Assembly: GCA_963753675.1 (NCBI GenBank) | Contig: CAVWCZ010000006.1 | Location: 173,426-237,425 of the forward strand | Direction: 5' to 3' | DNA length: 64,000 bases | Origin: an uncultured Verrucomicrobiae bacterium | Lineage (GTDB): Bacteria; Verrucomicrobiota; Verrucomicrobiia; Chthoniobacterales; UBA10450 | Part shown: piece by piece, positions 47,923 through 57,185 of the stretch | How positions within the stretch are numbered: position 1 is the stretch's first letter | How the letters are laid out: each line of letters starts with the position of its first letter | Made by a program: the position numbers and the translations under genes | The notes under the pieces: model-generated | Seen by the model: the letters and a program-made list of their open reading frames with translations, nothing else | Databases searched by the model: none | What the model was told of the DNA's origin: nothing

Positions 47923-50900
47923 GTGAGCGATATTCCGATTACCGAAAAACTCCTCCTCAATGCAGGGGGATGGCAGGCGATGAAGCCTGCACGCGAGTTG
48001 CTCAAAAGCGGCCGCGTCTCTGAGGCTAAATACGAGCCGCCGCTGTTGAGCGGTTACGTGCGCGAAGGCGCGAAGAATTATCGTTCCGGCCTGCGAATCA
48101 AAAGCGCGATCGATGTTGAGAATCTTTGCAGTTGCTGGGAGTCTCGCTCGGCGGGAAAAATTTGTGCGCACTCGGTCGCGGTAGGCCTGAGTTATCTGAA
48201 TCCGCCGTCCGCTGCAGTCGGCGTGCCTAACGAGCTGACGATGCACGAAGCTCCGGCGGGTCCGCAATTCGTCGCGGCTGATTCCGCTGACGCCGCCCTA
48301 ACGACACTGCACGTGATCCTGCCGCCCAACTTCGCAGGAGCATGGCAGAAGGGGCAGATCATGATCGTGGTCGAAGCGGAAGTTTCTCGAAACCGCACGC
48401 TCGTCTCCGCCCTTCCGAAGAAGAATACGTTTGCAGTCGACGGCGCCGATCTCATGTTGATCGAAGGGTTGCGCGCGGTCCCGGCGATCTTCGAGAGCGG
48501 CATGGCGACCTTGTCACGCGACGCATTCCTGCGGCTGCTCCCGGCGTTGCAGAATCATCCGCGTGTTACTTTCGGCAAAGCGACTCGCGCAACGATCTCT
48601 TCGGCCGCGCTGCGTCCCGAGCTTCTGGTCGAGGCGCGCGGCGAGGGGAGCATCACGGTGAGATGCAACTTTCCGCGGGCGCGGAAAAGAAAGATCGATC
48701 AGGAGGACGAGGAGGAGGAGGAGCACGAGCTCGCCACCGCGAGTCCGTCCGACGGCGGACACGAGCAGGAGGAGAAGGCACTGATTCTCTGGAACGCGAC
48801 CGAGGCTTGGCTGTTGCGGAACAACGAGTTTGTTCGCTGCGGCGAAGCGTTGCCGGCTGGTTCGACGCGCCTGATCGAGCGACCATTGCTGCTCGATGGC
48901 GATCGCGCGTTGCACTTCCTCGCGTTCGATCTGCCGCGGCTGCGCGATGCATTCGAGGTGCGCGCCGGCGAAGGCGTTCGTCTTCCCGAAATCGCAACGG
49001 CGCGGCCAGTCTTCGAGCTGCGGCTGGCCGGCACGCTCTCCAGCGTCACGGGTGAATTGATGTGCACATACGACCACCGCGTGCCGTTCAAAGCATTGGC
49101 CAACGCCCAGGATCAATTCGTCTTCCGTGATCCACAAAATATCGATCGAGTGCTGATGCGAAATCTCGACGCAGAGAACGCGGCGGTTGCGCGGCTCGAG
49201 CAAATTGGGTTCGCCCGAACGGACGCCGGGGGTTTCGTGCTGCACGGCCAGCCCGGTGTGCTCCGGTTCTTTGCCACCGATTATCAGAGACTGCAGCGCG
49301 ACTGGAAGATTACTCTCACCGCGCAGGTCGAGAAGTGGACCGGCCAGATCGAGCGCGTGACGCCGAAGCTCGAGATTGTCGGTTCGGGTCAGGATTGGTT
49401 CGAGGTGCGTTACTCGCTTACCACGCCAGGTGGCGAAGTGTTTTCAAACGCCGACATTCAGCGGCTGCTTCGCTCCGGCCAATCGCAGACACGATTAAAG
49501 AATGGCCATCTTGCGGTGATCGACACCGCGGGCCTCGAGGATTTCGAGCAGGTTATTCGTGATTGCGATCCGGCGCAGACGCGGCCCGGGCTTTACCGCA
49601 TCAACCGCGCCCACGCCGGATATGTCGAACAAACCGCGCGCGAGCTTGGCTCCGCCGTCGCCGATCGTCGTGAAGCGCTGAAGAAGTTCATCACCGGCCG
49701 CGACGCGCCTCCGGACGCGAAGACGAAACTCGGCACGCTAGCAGAGATATTGCGCGAGTATCAACTTGTCGGTTTCGAATGGCTCACGCGTCTCGCGGCG
49801 AACAATCTCGGCGGCATCCTGGCCGACGAGATGGGTCTTGGTAAAACGGTGCAGACCCTCGCGTTTCTCCGCGCGCATCAACGCGATGGCCCTGCCCTTG
49901 TCGTCTGCCCGACATCGCTGGTGACAAACTGGGAGAATGAAGCGCGGAAGTTTACTCCCGAACTGAAGACTCTCGTGCTCGAAGGCGCCGATCGCGCCGC
50001 GCGTTTCAAGTCGATCGCGGACGTGGAGATGGTTGTAACGAGCTACGCTCTGCTGCGACGCGACATCGACACATTGCGCGAAATCAATTTCTCAACCGCC
50101 GTGCTCGACGAAGCGCAGCACATCAAAAATCCGGAGACGCAAAACGCGCAGGCCGCGTTCGCCCTCCGCGCGAAGCATCGTTTCGTGCTGACCGGCACCC
50201 CGATGGAAAATTCGGTGCGCGATCTCTGGTCGATCATGAACTTCGCGCTGCCGGGTTATCTCGGGGATCGCAACGACTTCCGCGAGCGTTACGAACTACC
50301 GATCGCGCGTGGCTCCGCGCCCGACGTGCAACGCCGGCTCTCGCGCCGGCTGCAGCCGTTCCTGCTTCGCCGGAAAAAACGCGACGTGGCGAAAGATCTG
50401 CCTGAAAAAATCGAGCAGGTGGTGCCTTGCAGCCTAACGAGTCATCAGCGGGCCGCCTACGACGCGCTACTGCGCGAAATCCAGCAGGGTCTTGGGAGTT
50501 CCGGCAAGAATGTGAACGCCGGCGCACAACGAATGAAGATGCTTACCGGCCTGCTCCGTTTGCGCCAGGTCTGCTGCGATCTGCGGCTGCTTAAAGTAGC
50601 GCAAGCTTCCAGCTTGCACTCCCCGCCAGAACGCAAGCTGGAAGCTCGCGCTGCCTCCGAGACCTCGGCAAAGCTCGACTTGCTCGACGAACTCCTCGAG
50701 GAAGCGATTGACGGCGACCATCGTGTCCTCGTCTTCAGCCAGTTCGTCTCGATGCTGCACCTCATTCGCGAACGCCTGGAGAAGCTCGAGATTCCATTCT
50801 CCTATCTCGACGGTTCGACCAAACAGCGTCAGGAAATAGTGGATCGCTTCCAGAGCGATTCTGCGATTCCCGTCTTCGTGATCAGTCTGAAAGCCGGCGG

Positions 50901-51171
50901 CGTCGGTCTCAATCTCTCCGCTGCCGACACTGTGATTCATTTCGATCCGTGGTGGAATCCAGCGGGCGAGGCGCAAGCCACCGACCGCGCCCATCGCATC
51001 GGGCAAACCCGTGTCGTCACCGCTTACAAGCTGATCACCCGCGACACGGTCGAAGAAAAAATACTGCGGCTGCAGGAGAAAAAACGCGCCGCGATCGACG
51101 CCGCCATCGACAGCGAGGAACCGCTCATGACTGGCCTGACGACCGAAGAACTCGAAGAGCTGCTCGCATAG
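47923..51171 (+). CDS. SNF2 family helicase with N-terminal SWIM zinc finger
   Basis: SWIM CSCWESRSAGKICAHSVAV. Helicase motifs ILADEMGLGKT, VLDEAQHIKN, LTGTPMEN, GGVGLNLSAADTVIHFDPWWNPAGEAQATDRAHRIGQ. Confidence 0.9.
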   Translation: MSDIPITEKLLLNAGGWQAMKPARELLKSGRVSEAKYEPPLLSGYVREGAKNYRSGLRIKSAIDVENLCSCWESRSAGKICAHSVAVGLSYLNPPSAAVGVPNELTMHEAPAGPQFVAADSADAALTTLHVILPPNFAGAWQKGQIMIVVEAEVSRNRTLVSALPKKNTFAVDGADLMLIEGLRAVPAIFESGMATLSRDAFLRLLPALQNHPRVTFGKATRATISSAALRPELLVEARGEGSITVRCNFPRARKRKIDQEDEEEEEHELATASPSDGGHEQEEKALILWNATEAWLLRNNEFVRCGEALPAGSTRLIERPLLLDGDRALHFLAFDLPRLRDAFEVRAGEGVRLPEIATARPVFELRLAGTLSSVTGELMCTYDHRVPFKALANAQDQFVFRDPQNIDRVLMRNLDAENAAVARLEQIGFARTDAGGFVLHGQPGVLRFFATDYQRLQRDWKITLTAQVEKWTGQIERVTPKLEIVGSGQDWFEVRYSLTTPGGEVFSNADIQRLLRSGQSQTRLKNGHLAVIDTAGLEDFEQVIRDCDPAQTRPGLYRINRAHAGYVEQTARELGSAVADRREALKKFITGRDAPPDAKTKLGTLAEILREYQLVGFEWLTRLAANNLGGILADEMGLGKTVQTLAFLRAHQRDGPALVVCPTSLVTNWENEARKFTPELKTLVLEGADRAARFKSIADVEMVVTSYALLRRDIDTLREINFSTAVLDEAQHIKNPETQNAQAAFALRAKHRFVLTGTPMENSVRDLWSIMNFALPGYLGDRNDFRERYELPIARGSAPDVQRRLSRRLQPFLLRRKKRDVAKDLPEKIEQVVPCSLTSHQRAAYDALLREIQQGLGSSGKNVNAGAQRMKMLTGLLRLRQVCCDLRLLKVAQASSLHSPPERKLEARAASETSAKLDLLDELLEEAIDGDHRVLVFSQFVSMLHLIRERLEKLEIPFSYLDGSTKQRQEIVDRFQSDSAIPVFVISLKAGGVGLNLSAADTVIHFDPWWNPAGEAQATDRAHRIGQTRVVTAYKLITRDTVEEKILRLQEKKRAAIDAAIDSEEPLMTGLTTEELEELLA
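50601..50649. repeat. 17-bp-arm inverted repeat inside the SNF2 CDS
   Basis: gcaagcttccagcttgc-N15-gcaagctggaagctcgc with 1 mismatch. It encodes QASSLHSPPERKLEARA. Confidence 0.75.
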
Positions 51172-51220
51172 GCCAAAGAGATCAGTTGCGTCGCAGGAAA
51201 CGCAAACAACGCTGGACAAG

Positions 51221-51662
51221 GTGAGCTCTTACACACTGGAGCCGGTTGGCTTCATTCAATCGACAGTGAAAGGCCGCGAAGACGCGCCGCGACAGGGACC
51301 GGAAGGCGCGCCGGACGCGTGGCTGGAGATCGAACCGCGATTCGCAGACGCATTACTGGGAATGGAAGTCGGGCACGAACTGATTGTGATTACATGGCTG
51401 CACGAGTCGAAGCGCGACGTGCTGAAAGGACATCCGCGCAGCGACGAGAGCCGTCCGCTTACCGGCGTGTTTTACACCCGCTCGCCAGCGCGGCCGAACC
51501 CGCTCGGGTCTTCATCCCGTGACAGTGCGCGCAATTGATCCGCCTTCGCCTGAGGGCTACGGCGCGACAAGCGGCATACGCATAAAGGTCGGGCCGATAG
51601 AAGCCTTCGACGGTACGCCGGTAGTCGATATCAAATCTGCCTCAACCCGCGCAGACGGATGA
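51221..51662 (+). pseudogene. TsaA/TrmO-like tRNA methyltransferase with a 1-nt frameshift near 51508
   Basis: EPVGFIQS...ELIVITWLHE...RSPARPNPLG, then LHPVTVRAID...GTPVVDIK continues in another frame to TGA at 51660-51662. Confidence 0.65.
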
Positions 51663-51674
51663 TGAGTTTGAAGT

Positions 51675-52259
51675 TCAGGTCTCTTTCGGCTTGATCTCGG
51701 TTAACAAGCGCTTCAACTCGTCGCTCAAATGGAGCTCGCCTCCCCAGCGGCGAAGGTAGTCGTTATCCAGTGCGGCGATTTGTACGGCAACGACGCCGGC
51801 GGCATCCCCGAGTTGACGGTCCGAAGGCGACATCCGATTCCAAAGGAGCTTGTGCAGAATCACGTCCTCGGCCGAAGAGATCCAGGCCGGTTCGCCGAAG
51901 AGCGTTGCCTGAACGCGGCGCCGGAGCATTTCTTGATCAAACGGCTCAGAACCAGCCAGCCAGAAATCGACGTTCAACGCCGAACGAGTATCGACCGCGT
52001 TGAATTGATGCGGCGGTTCGTAGACCGCGCGGACTGCGGCTTCCTCGATGTAGAAATCGCCACTGAATTCCTGAAGAATGAGCGGCACGGCGGTCGCGGG
52101 AAATTGTACAACGAAGTCTAAATCGTGCGTCGTGCGCGGAATGCCCCAGTAGTTGCTCGCCATCGAATGGTAAGGTAGTAAACCACGCCGGTCCGGTTCA
52201 AGCGGCGCAAACAATCCACCAGCAGTTCGCGTTCGGTCATTCCACGCGGTTGAGTTCAA
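51675..52259 (-). CDS. nucleotidyltransferase-fold protein (toxin-like)
   Basis: GIPRTTHDLDFVVQF catalytic-like motif ... SAEDVILHKLLW. Overlaps the upstream small gene by 23 nt. Confidence 0.5.
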   Translation of the reverse strand: MNSTAWNDRTRTAGGLFAPLEPDRRGLLPYHSMASNYWGIPRTTHDLDFVVQFPATAVPLILQEFSGDFYIEEAAVRAVYEPPHQFNAVDTRSALNVDFWLAGSEPFDQEMLRRRVQATLFGEPAWISSAEDVILHKLLWNRMSPSDRQLGDAAGVVAVQIAALDNDYLRRWGGELHLSDELKRLLTEIKPKET

Positions 52260-52440
52260 GGCGGCAGCGGAGCAGCCGCTCCACTTCTGCAGGATCTGCT
52301 TCGGGATGGGCGCGACGAATTCCCTGCCGGGCGATATCGCAAGAGAGTTCGTGCAAATTCAGGGCTATGACCAGACGTTGCTCGCCTGTCATGCTCCGGT
52401 AGCGCTCGATCTGTTTGTCGAGGGCAGCCGTAGCGGTCAT
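52237..52440 (-). CDS. small helical protein, antitoxin-like partner
   Basis: MTATAALDKQIERYRSMTGEQRLVIALNLHELSCDIARQGIRRAHPEADPAEVERLL. Start at ATG 52440. Confidence 0.45.
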   Translation of the reverse strand: MTATAALDKQIERYRSMTGEQRLVIALNLHELSCDIARQGIRRAHPEADPAEVERLLRCRLELNRVE

Positions 52441-52584
52441 CAAGTTTCTAATAATGCAGATGCCGATTTTTGACAATCGCCCGCTTTTTCGGAATGCGGA
52501 GCGCACATCGCGGAACAGAGCCGTCGGCGCTGTCTTCGCCGGCGCGGAGCGTGTGCGCGCATGGCCCGGCTGGCGGCGAATCAT

Positions 52585-52722
52585 TACTTCAAGCCGCAAG
52601 TGGTTATTCCAATGCACTACGGCGCGTTGGCTGGATCGTCGAGCGACGCAGACATTTGTGCCGTGGTAGGAGACGATGCGCGAGTGAAATTCATGAAGTC
52701 GGGCAAGACGCGAACGTTCTAG
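52585..52722 (+). pseudogene. possible MBL-fold hydrolase C-terminal fragment
   Basis: KPQVVIPMHYGALAGSSSDADICAVVGDDARVKFMKSGKTRTF* resembles the end of MBL-fold proteins. Confidence 0.3.
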
Positions 52723-52736
52723 CCTGGAAACGGCGT

Positions 52737-53648
52737 TTACTGAACATTCGGAATCTTCACGATGCATCCCTCGGCCTTTGGATCGTTAGGATCTTTCGCC
52801 ACCGTGATGTAAAGGTCTTTGCCTCCTTCGCCAAAGGCGACATTGGTGGTGCCGTTGCCCGCGGCGATATTGAAGACGTGTAGAAGCTTTCCAGCGGGAG
52901 ATATTTTCAAGACTTTCCCACCGGACCACTGCGCTACATAAATGTTACCCTTGGCATCGATTTTCATGCTGTCGGGCCCAAGCCAGCATGAGTCGACCTT
53001 GTTTTTGGTAAGGAGATTCAGAAGGGCAAAGTTGGCGCGACGGCTAAGTGAGCCATCGGGATTAATATCAAATTTCAGGATACAATTTCCCACCGTCTCG
53101 CTGACATAGAGTGTTTTTTGATCCGGTGAAACGCCGATGCCGTTGGCGTAGTTCAAATCCTTTGCCACTTCGACCCAGTTCTTTGCGCCGGGAGCCAGAT
53201 AAAAGATCTTTCCCATGACGGTGGTTGGCGGATCGACAAAGTGTCCAAATAAAGTGGCGTAGGCGCCGTCATTTGCAGTCACCACAATGTCGTTGATGCC
53301 GCCATCGAACTTGCGGCCCTTGTCATCGGCATCCCATCGACGCAACTCCTTGCCGTCGAGATCGAGTTCGAGAATCGCACCGTGTTCATCGGTGCAGGCG
53401 AGAAAAAAAGTTTTTTGCTTGGTGAGAGCCAACCCGTTATGACCGCAGCCCGGGGCATTGTTCAGGACCGTCGTCTTCTTGCCATCCCATTTCGACAGCG
53501 TGTTGGAGACCCAGCCGACGAAATAAAGATTCCCGTCGAAATAAAGCGGACCCTCGGGGCCAAGGACGTTCTTCACGACGACGGTTTCCTGGCCTCTCGT
53601 TGTCTCCGTCGCAATGAACGCTGCAATGATGAATAACAAAACTTTCAT
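52737..53648 (-). CDS. SMP-30/gluconolactonase/LRE-like beta-propeller protein, secreted
   Basis: Signal peptide MKVLLFIIAAFIATETTRG. Repeated propeller blades (GPEGPLYFDGNLYFV, ANGIGVSPD, LYVSE, GNIYVAQW). Confidence 0.6.
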   Translation of the reverse strand: MKVLLFIIAAFIATETTRGQETVVVKNVLGPEGPLYFDGNLYFVGWVSNTLSKWDGKKTTVLNNAPGCGHNGLALTKQKTFFLACTDEHGAILELDLDGKELRRWDADDKGRKFDGGINDIVVTANDGAYATLFGHFVDPPTTVMGKIFYLAPGAKNWVEVAKDLNYANGIGVSPDQKTLYVSETVGNCILKFDINPDGSLSRRANFALLNLLTKNKVDSCWLGPDSMKIDAKGNIYVAQWSGGKVLKISPAGKLLHVFNIAAGNGTTNVAFGEGGKDLYITVAKDPNDPKAEGCIVKIPNVQ

Positions 53649-53742
53649 GTGGTTGCGTCTGTTTCCCTTCAGTTTCAATGTGGGACTGTGAAATCGGCGG
53701 CGGCAGATTGACGGTCAGGCAAACGAATCGCAAGCTACGCGT

Positions 53743-54168
53743 ATGTCTAACTCGAATATGTTGGTGCAACCATATTTGTTTTTCGGCGGTCGCTGCGAAG
53801 AGGCGCTGGAATTCTACCGCAGCGCTGTTGGAGCGGAGGTGGAGATGCTCAGCCGTTTCAAGGATGCGCCCCAACCAGGCATGGCGCAGCCGGGAATGGA
53901 AGACAAAGTGATGCATGCCAGTTTCCGTGTCGGCGAAACAATTCTGATGGCCTCGGACGGCAGGTGCGACGGCGAACCGCACTTCGACGGTTTCTCGCTT
54001 TCAATTGTCGTTCCAGATGAAGAAAAAGCCGAGAGCGTATTCAACGCGCTTGCGGATGGCGGCAAAGTTACAATGCCTCTTGAGAAGACATTTTGGGCTC
54101 CCAAATTCGGAATGCTTGAAGACCGGTTTGGCGTCGGCTGGATGGTGTCGGTTCAGCACAAGCCTTAG
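53743..54168 (+). CDS. VOC family protein (PhnB-like glyoxalase fold)
   Basis: VQPYLFFGGRCEEALEFYRSAVGAEV...FGMLEDRFGVGWMV is the canonical PhnB-like pattern. Confidence 0.75.
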   Translation: MSNSNMLVQPYLFFGGRCEEALEFYRSAVGAEVEMLSRFKDAPQPGMAQPGMEDKVMHASFRVGETILMASDGRCDGEPHFDGFSLSIVVPDEEKAESVFNALADGGKVTMPLEKTFWAPKFGMLEDRFGVGWMVSVQHKP

Positions 54169-54171
54169 ACA

Positions 54172-55458
54172 TCACCGAGTCTTTAGGATCGGAATGATCT
54201 CTGTTTGAATTGGCTGACCGGTCACTTCGATGTCTTTGTCCGAAACGTACACGTTGGTCTCGGATCGCACGCCGAACTTTCCTTCCTGGTAAATTCCAGG
54301 CTCGATCGAAAAACAAACACCGGGAATGATGCGCCGCGAATCGCGCGTTTCAAAGTCGTCGATGTTCACACCGTTGCCGTGGGTTTCTTCGCCAATCGAA
54401 TGGCCGGTGCGATGCGTGAATTGCTCGCCGAAACCTGCGCGCTTGATCACATCACGCGACACATCGTCCACCTCGGCGCCGCGAATCGATTTGCCCGCGC
54501 GAACATTCTTGCGCACAAAATCAATCGCCGAATCGCGCGCTTCCCGCACAATTTTAAAAATGCGCGAGTATTCTTCCGGAACAGCTTCCCCCACGTAGCC
54601 TGTCCAGGTTTGGTCCGTCGCCACTGCGTCGGGTTTATCCAGCTTTGTAGCCGCATCGATCAACACGAAATCGCTGGGTTTGATTGGCGAGTTCTTTTCC
54701 TTTGTCGGCATGTAATGCGGATTGGCCGTGTTCGCGTTCGCGGCGACGATCATCGGCTCCTGCTCCATTCCTTCTTCCTTGTAACGGCGGAGCATGAACT
54801 GCGCGATGTCCCACTCGGTGGTTGGTTCGTCGGCGCGAATTCGTCGCGAGATCTCGGCAAACGCGTCCTGAATAATGCGATGCATTTTATCCGAGGCTTC
54901 TACCTGCATCTGGTGTCGCTCGGGAGAAAAGACCGCTTCGAATCGTTGCACCAGTTCCGCACTGGTAACGGGTTCGACTCCGAACGAGCGGACGAGCTCG
55001 ATCGTTCCCGCATCCACGTGGGAGATGTAGGGGATATCGTTCATGGGGGAATACTGCATCGCAATGCGATGCTTCGATTGCTTTTCCGTGGCGCCCAGCG
55101 CTTCGCGTAGCCGCGCATGCAATTCCTGCCAGCCTCGATAGATGAGTTTCCTGCCCGGAAGCGAGTCGAGTTTGAACCGCTCGATGGACTGTACAATTTT
55201 CACCGGCTCGCCGGTGGCGGGGACGTAATAAAACCATCGGCGTGACGCGTGCATCTTCTCGTCCAACTTCAAAATCCGATAGGCGAGGGGATCGCTATGT
55301 CGAAAATCGTAAAAGAGCCAGCCGTCCAGTTTAGCGTCGCGCAAGGCTCCCTGAATTTCAGCCACCCGTTCTGCCGGGGATTGTTGTGCATGCATTGATG
55401 TGACAAAGGTGAAGCAAAAAACGATTGCTGCGAAGAAAGAAAGCCGGCGGGGGTTCAT
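54172..55458 (-). CDS. M24 family metallopeptidase (Xaa-Pro aminopeptidase-like), secreted
   Basis: FVLIDAATK, HRTGHSIGEETHGNG, FSIEPGIY metal ligand motifs. Start moved to MNPRRLSFF (ATG 55458), because the upstream part is repeat-derived. Confidence 0.85.
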   Translation of the reverse strand: MNPRRLSFFAAIVFCFTFVTSMHAQQSPAERVAEIQGALRDAKLDGWLFYDFRHSDPLAYRILKLDEKMHASRRWFYYVPATGEPVKIVQSIERFKLDSLPGRKLIYRGWQELHARLREALGATEKQSKHRIAMQYSPMNDIPYISHVDAGTIELVRSFGVEPVTSAELVQRFEAVFSPERHQMQVEASDKMHRIIQDAFAEISRRIRADEPTTEWDIAQFMLRRYKEEGMEQEPMIVAANANTANPHYMPTKEKNSPIKPSDFVLIDAATKLDKPDAVATDQTWTGYVGEAVPEEYSRIFKIVREARDSAIDFVRKNVRAGKSIRGAEVDDVSRDVIKRAGFGEQFTHRTGHSIGEETHGNGVNIDDFETRDSRRIIPGVCFSIEPGIYQEGKFGVRSETNVYVSDKDIEVTGQPIQTEIIPILKTR

Positions 55459-55504
55459 CGTGCGTCGTAGTATCAACTGATTGAGTAACGCGCAGAGCGT
55501 AACC

Positions 55505-55650
55505 GCAGTAGCGTCGGCTGTCTCAGCGGAAAATTCCGGAGAGCAGTCGCTGAGGCGACTTGGTTTGAAAGCCTGGCCGTTACACAGTTTACCCGCTGTG
55601 CCGGGCGTCCGTTGCAGCGGCGGCTCGCCGAAGCGAACTTTATTTAAGAT
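55505..55650 (+). repeat. composite REP1 copy (5-prime half plus type b variant)
   Basis: gtcggctgtctcagcggaaaattccggagagc, then ggtttgaaagcctggccgttacacagtttacccgctgtgccgggcgtccgttgcagcggcggctcgccgaagcgaactt. Confidence 0.7.
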
Positions 55651-55685
55651 CGACAACGAATTCTCGTCTCGAACAATCTTGAGCC

Positions 55686-55885
55686 ATGGGCGAGATCACT
55701 CGACGTGGCTATCGCATCCAGTGGTTTATCGGCGATCACGGCCAAAGCACGTCCACGTTTATGATGCGAAGGAGCATTTCCTTGGTCGACTCGATATCGA
55801 ACGGATGCGCGGAATCAAAGGCTGGATGCCGAGCCGAAAATTGATTAAGGTGATCAAGGAACTAAAGAGAGAAGGCCGCTTGTGA
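55686..55885 (+). pseudogene. DUF4160-like protein with apparent frameshift near 55742
   Basis: MGEITRRGYRIQWFIGDHG in one frame, and PKHVHVYDAKEHFLGRLDIE...LIKVIKELKREGRL in the next. Confidence 0.5.
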
Positions 55886-56181
55886 AAGCCGTCACCACTA
55901 CAAAGAAACCATTCGGCGACGCAAAGTTTTCGCCTGTGAAACACGCGCGATATCTCGACTGGGAAGATGCATTCGATGTCGAGTTTGACGATGGCCTTTC
56001 GTTCCTCGAGCCACACAGGGTTATCAAAAAAGCAAACAAGATTTCTGCGGAGGCGGTCCCGGTCCGTGTCAGCGTGCCGAAAAAATTCCGCTCACATTTC
56101 AAGATCGAGTATGACACAGGCGAGACTGCTGAAGTGTCCTGGTCATTTGTTCGCGAGTTGCCTCCGAATAACAAGAAATGA
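55882..56181 (+). CDS. DUF2442-like small protein
   Basis: 99 aa, overlaps the preceding stop (GTGA). FDVEFDDGLSFLEP and KIEYDTGETAEVSW patterns. Usual partner of DUF4160. Confidence 0.4.
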   Translation: MKAVTTTKKPFGDAKFSPVKHARYLDWEDAFDVEFDDGLSFLEPHRVIKKANKISAEAVPVRVSVPKKFRSHFKIEYDTGETAEVSWSFVRELPPNNKK

Positions 56182-56393
56182 GATCTGAAATACGTCGTGA
56201 ACTGGCACTGCAATCGTTTGAAGAAATGATTCGCAAAGTCGGCGAGCTGATCCTGCTTTCTCACAAGGTCAAGGCGAATGCCTCGAATGAATCCGATGAG
56301 GACACTCGATTCAACGGCGCAGAGTTGAGCGAATCCGTTCTCGGCCGGGATTGGAATTCACCTGAAGAGGATGCCACATGGTCAAACCTGTAG
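56178..56393 (+). CDS. MazE-like antitoxin candidate
   Basis: 71 aa immediately upstream of and overlapping the MazF gene. The tail WNSPEEDATWSNL is typical of such partners. Confidence 0.5.
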   Translation: MRSEIRRELALQSFEEMIRKVGELILLSHKVKANASNESDEDTRFNGAELSESVLGRDWNSPEEDATWSNL

Positions 56394-56710
56394 CCGGCGA
56401 AATCGTTGTCATTCCTTTTCCTCGCGGTGATGGTAGCGGCGAAAAGCGGCGTCCTGCTTTGGTGATTGCCGATCTGCCGGGCGCGGATTTGATTCTCTGC
56501 CAGATCACCAGCCGCGGGCACTGGGATTCGTTCGCCGTTCCGCTGGATAAAAGCGATTGTGAGCGCGGCCAACTTGATGCCCCGTGCTTCATCCGCCCGC
56601 AACGGCTTTTCACTGTCGAACAACACGTCATTCTTCATTCCGTTGGAAAAGTGACCGCGGAAAAATTCGACGAGGTGTTCAAGAAAACGCGCGCGCTTTT
56701 CGTCGACTAG
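56378..56710 (+). CDS. PemK/MazF family toxin
   Basis: GEIVVIPFPRGDGSGEKRRPALVI ... FIRPQRLFTVEQ. Confidence 0.8.
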   Translation: MVKPVAGEIVVIPFPRGDGSGEKRRPALVIADLPGADLILCQITSRGHWDSFAVPLDKSDCERGQLDAPCFIRPQRLFTVEQHVILHSVGKVTAEKFDEVFKKTRALFVD

Positions 56711-57072
56711 TTGGAACGCGTTGTATCGGTTCTACCATCACCCATGACGTTATCGAGGGTGCTGTCATCGAAGTTTTGTATGCTTTGATTCGCCACTCGA
56801 CGCGATCACTTCCCAGACGGGAGTGCCTCTGCTGCGTGATGAGCAACTGTGAGTACCCGACAATGTCGATGAACAAAACATGCCCGATCTCAAACTTAAC
56901 TTCTGGCGCAGTATCGGGGGACATATCCGTTGTTAAGATCGGACGCGCCTAAAGCGAATCAGCATGATAATAGCGGAAATTTTGGCGGACGTGCTTCTCA
57001 TGCACAAACAGGAATACGCATTCGGATGCTGCTTGCGCTGTGCAAGGACCGGACGTTTGGATCAGGAGCTTC

Positions 57073-57134
57073 TGTAGAGGCAGCCGTGTCGGCTGCAATT
57101 CTGAAATCCTGCAGGCGACACGCCTGCCACTACA
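57073..57134. repeat. REP3 family, inverted pair
   Basis: tgtagaggcagccgtgtcggctgc (57073-57096) and gcaggcgacacgcctgccactaca (57111-57134). Confidence 0.7.
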
Positions 57135-57185
57135 GCAGACGCGGCTTGACAGTACCCCCTGCGTCGGGCGACAAGGGAGTGCCGG

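Noticed and set aside
47923-51171. SNF2 helicase as part of a DISARM/BREX-like defence system
   Set aside because: None of the required partners (methyltransferase, DUF1998, PLD nuclease, PglZ and so on) is nearby. The SWIM-SNF2 architecture is a widespread stand-alone family.
56830-56924. Minus-strand ORF start VKFEIGHVLFIDIVGYSQLL, resembling the beginning of a class III adenylate/guanylate cyclase domain
   Set aside because: Only about 25 residues match before the frame degenerates. At most it is a tiny gene fragment, too short to call as a feature.
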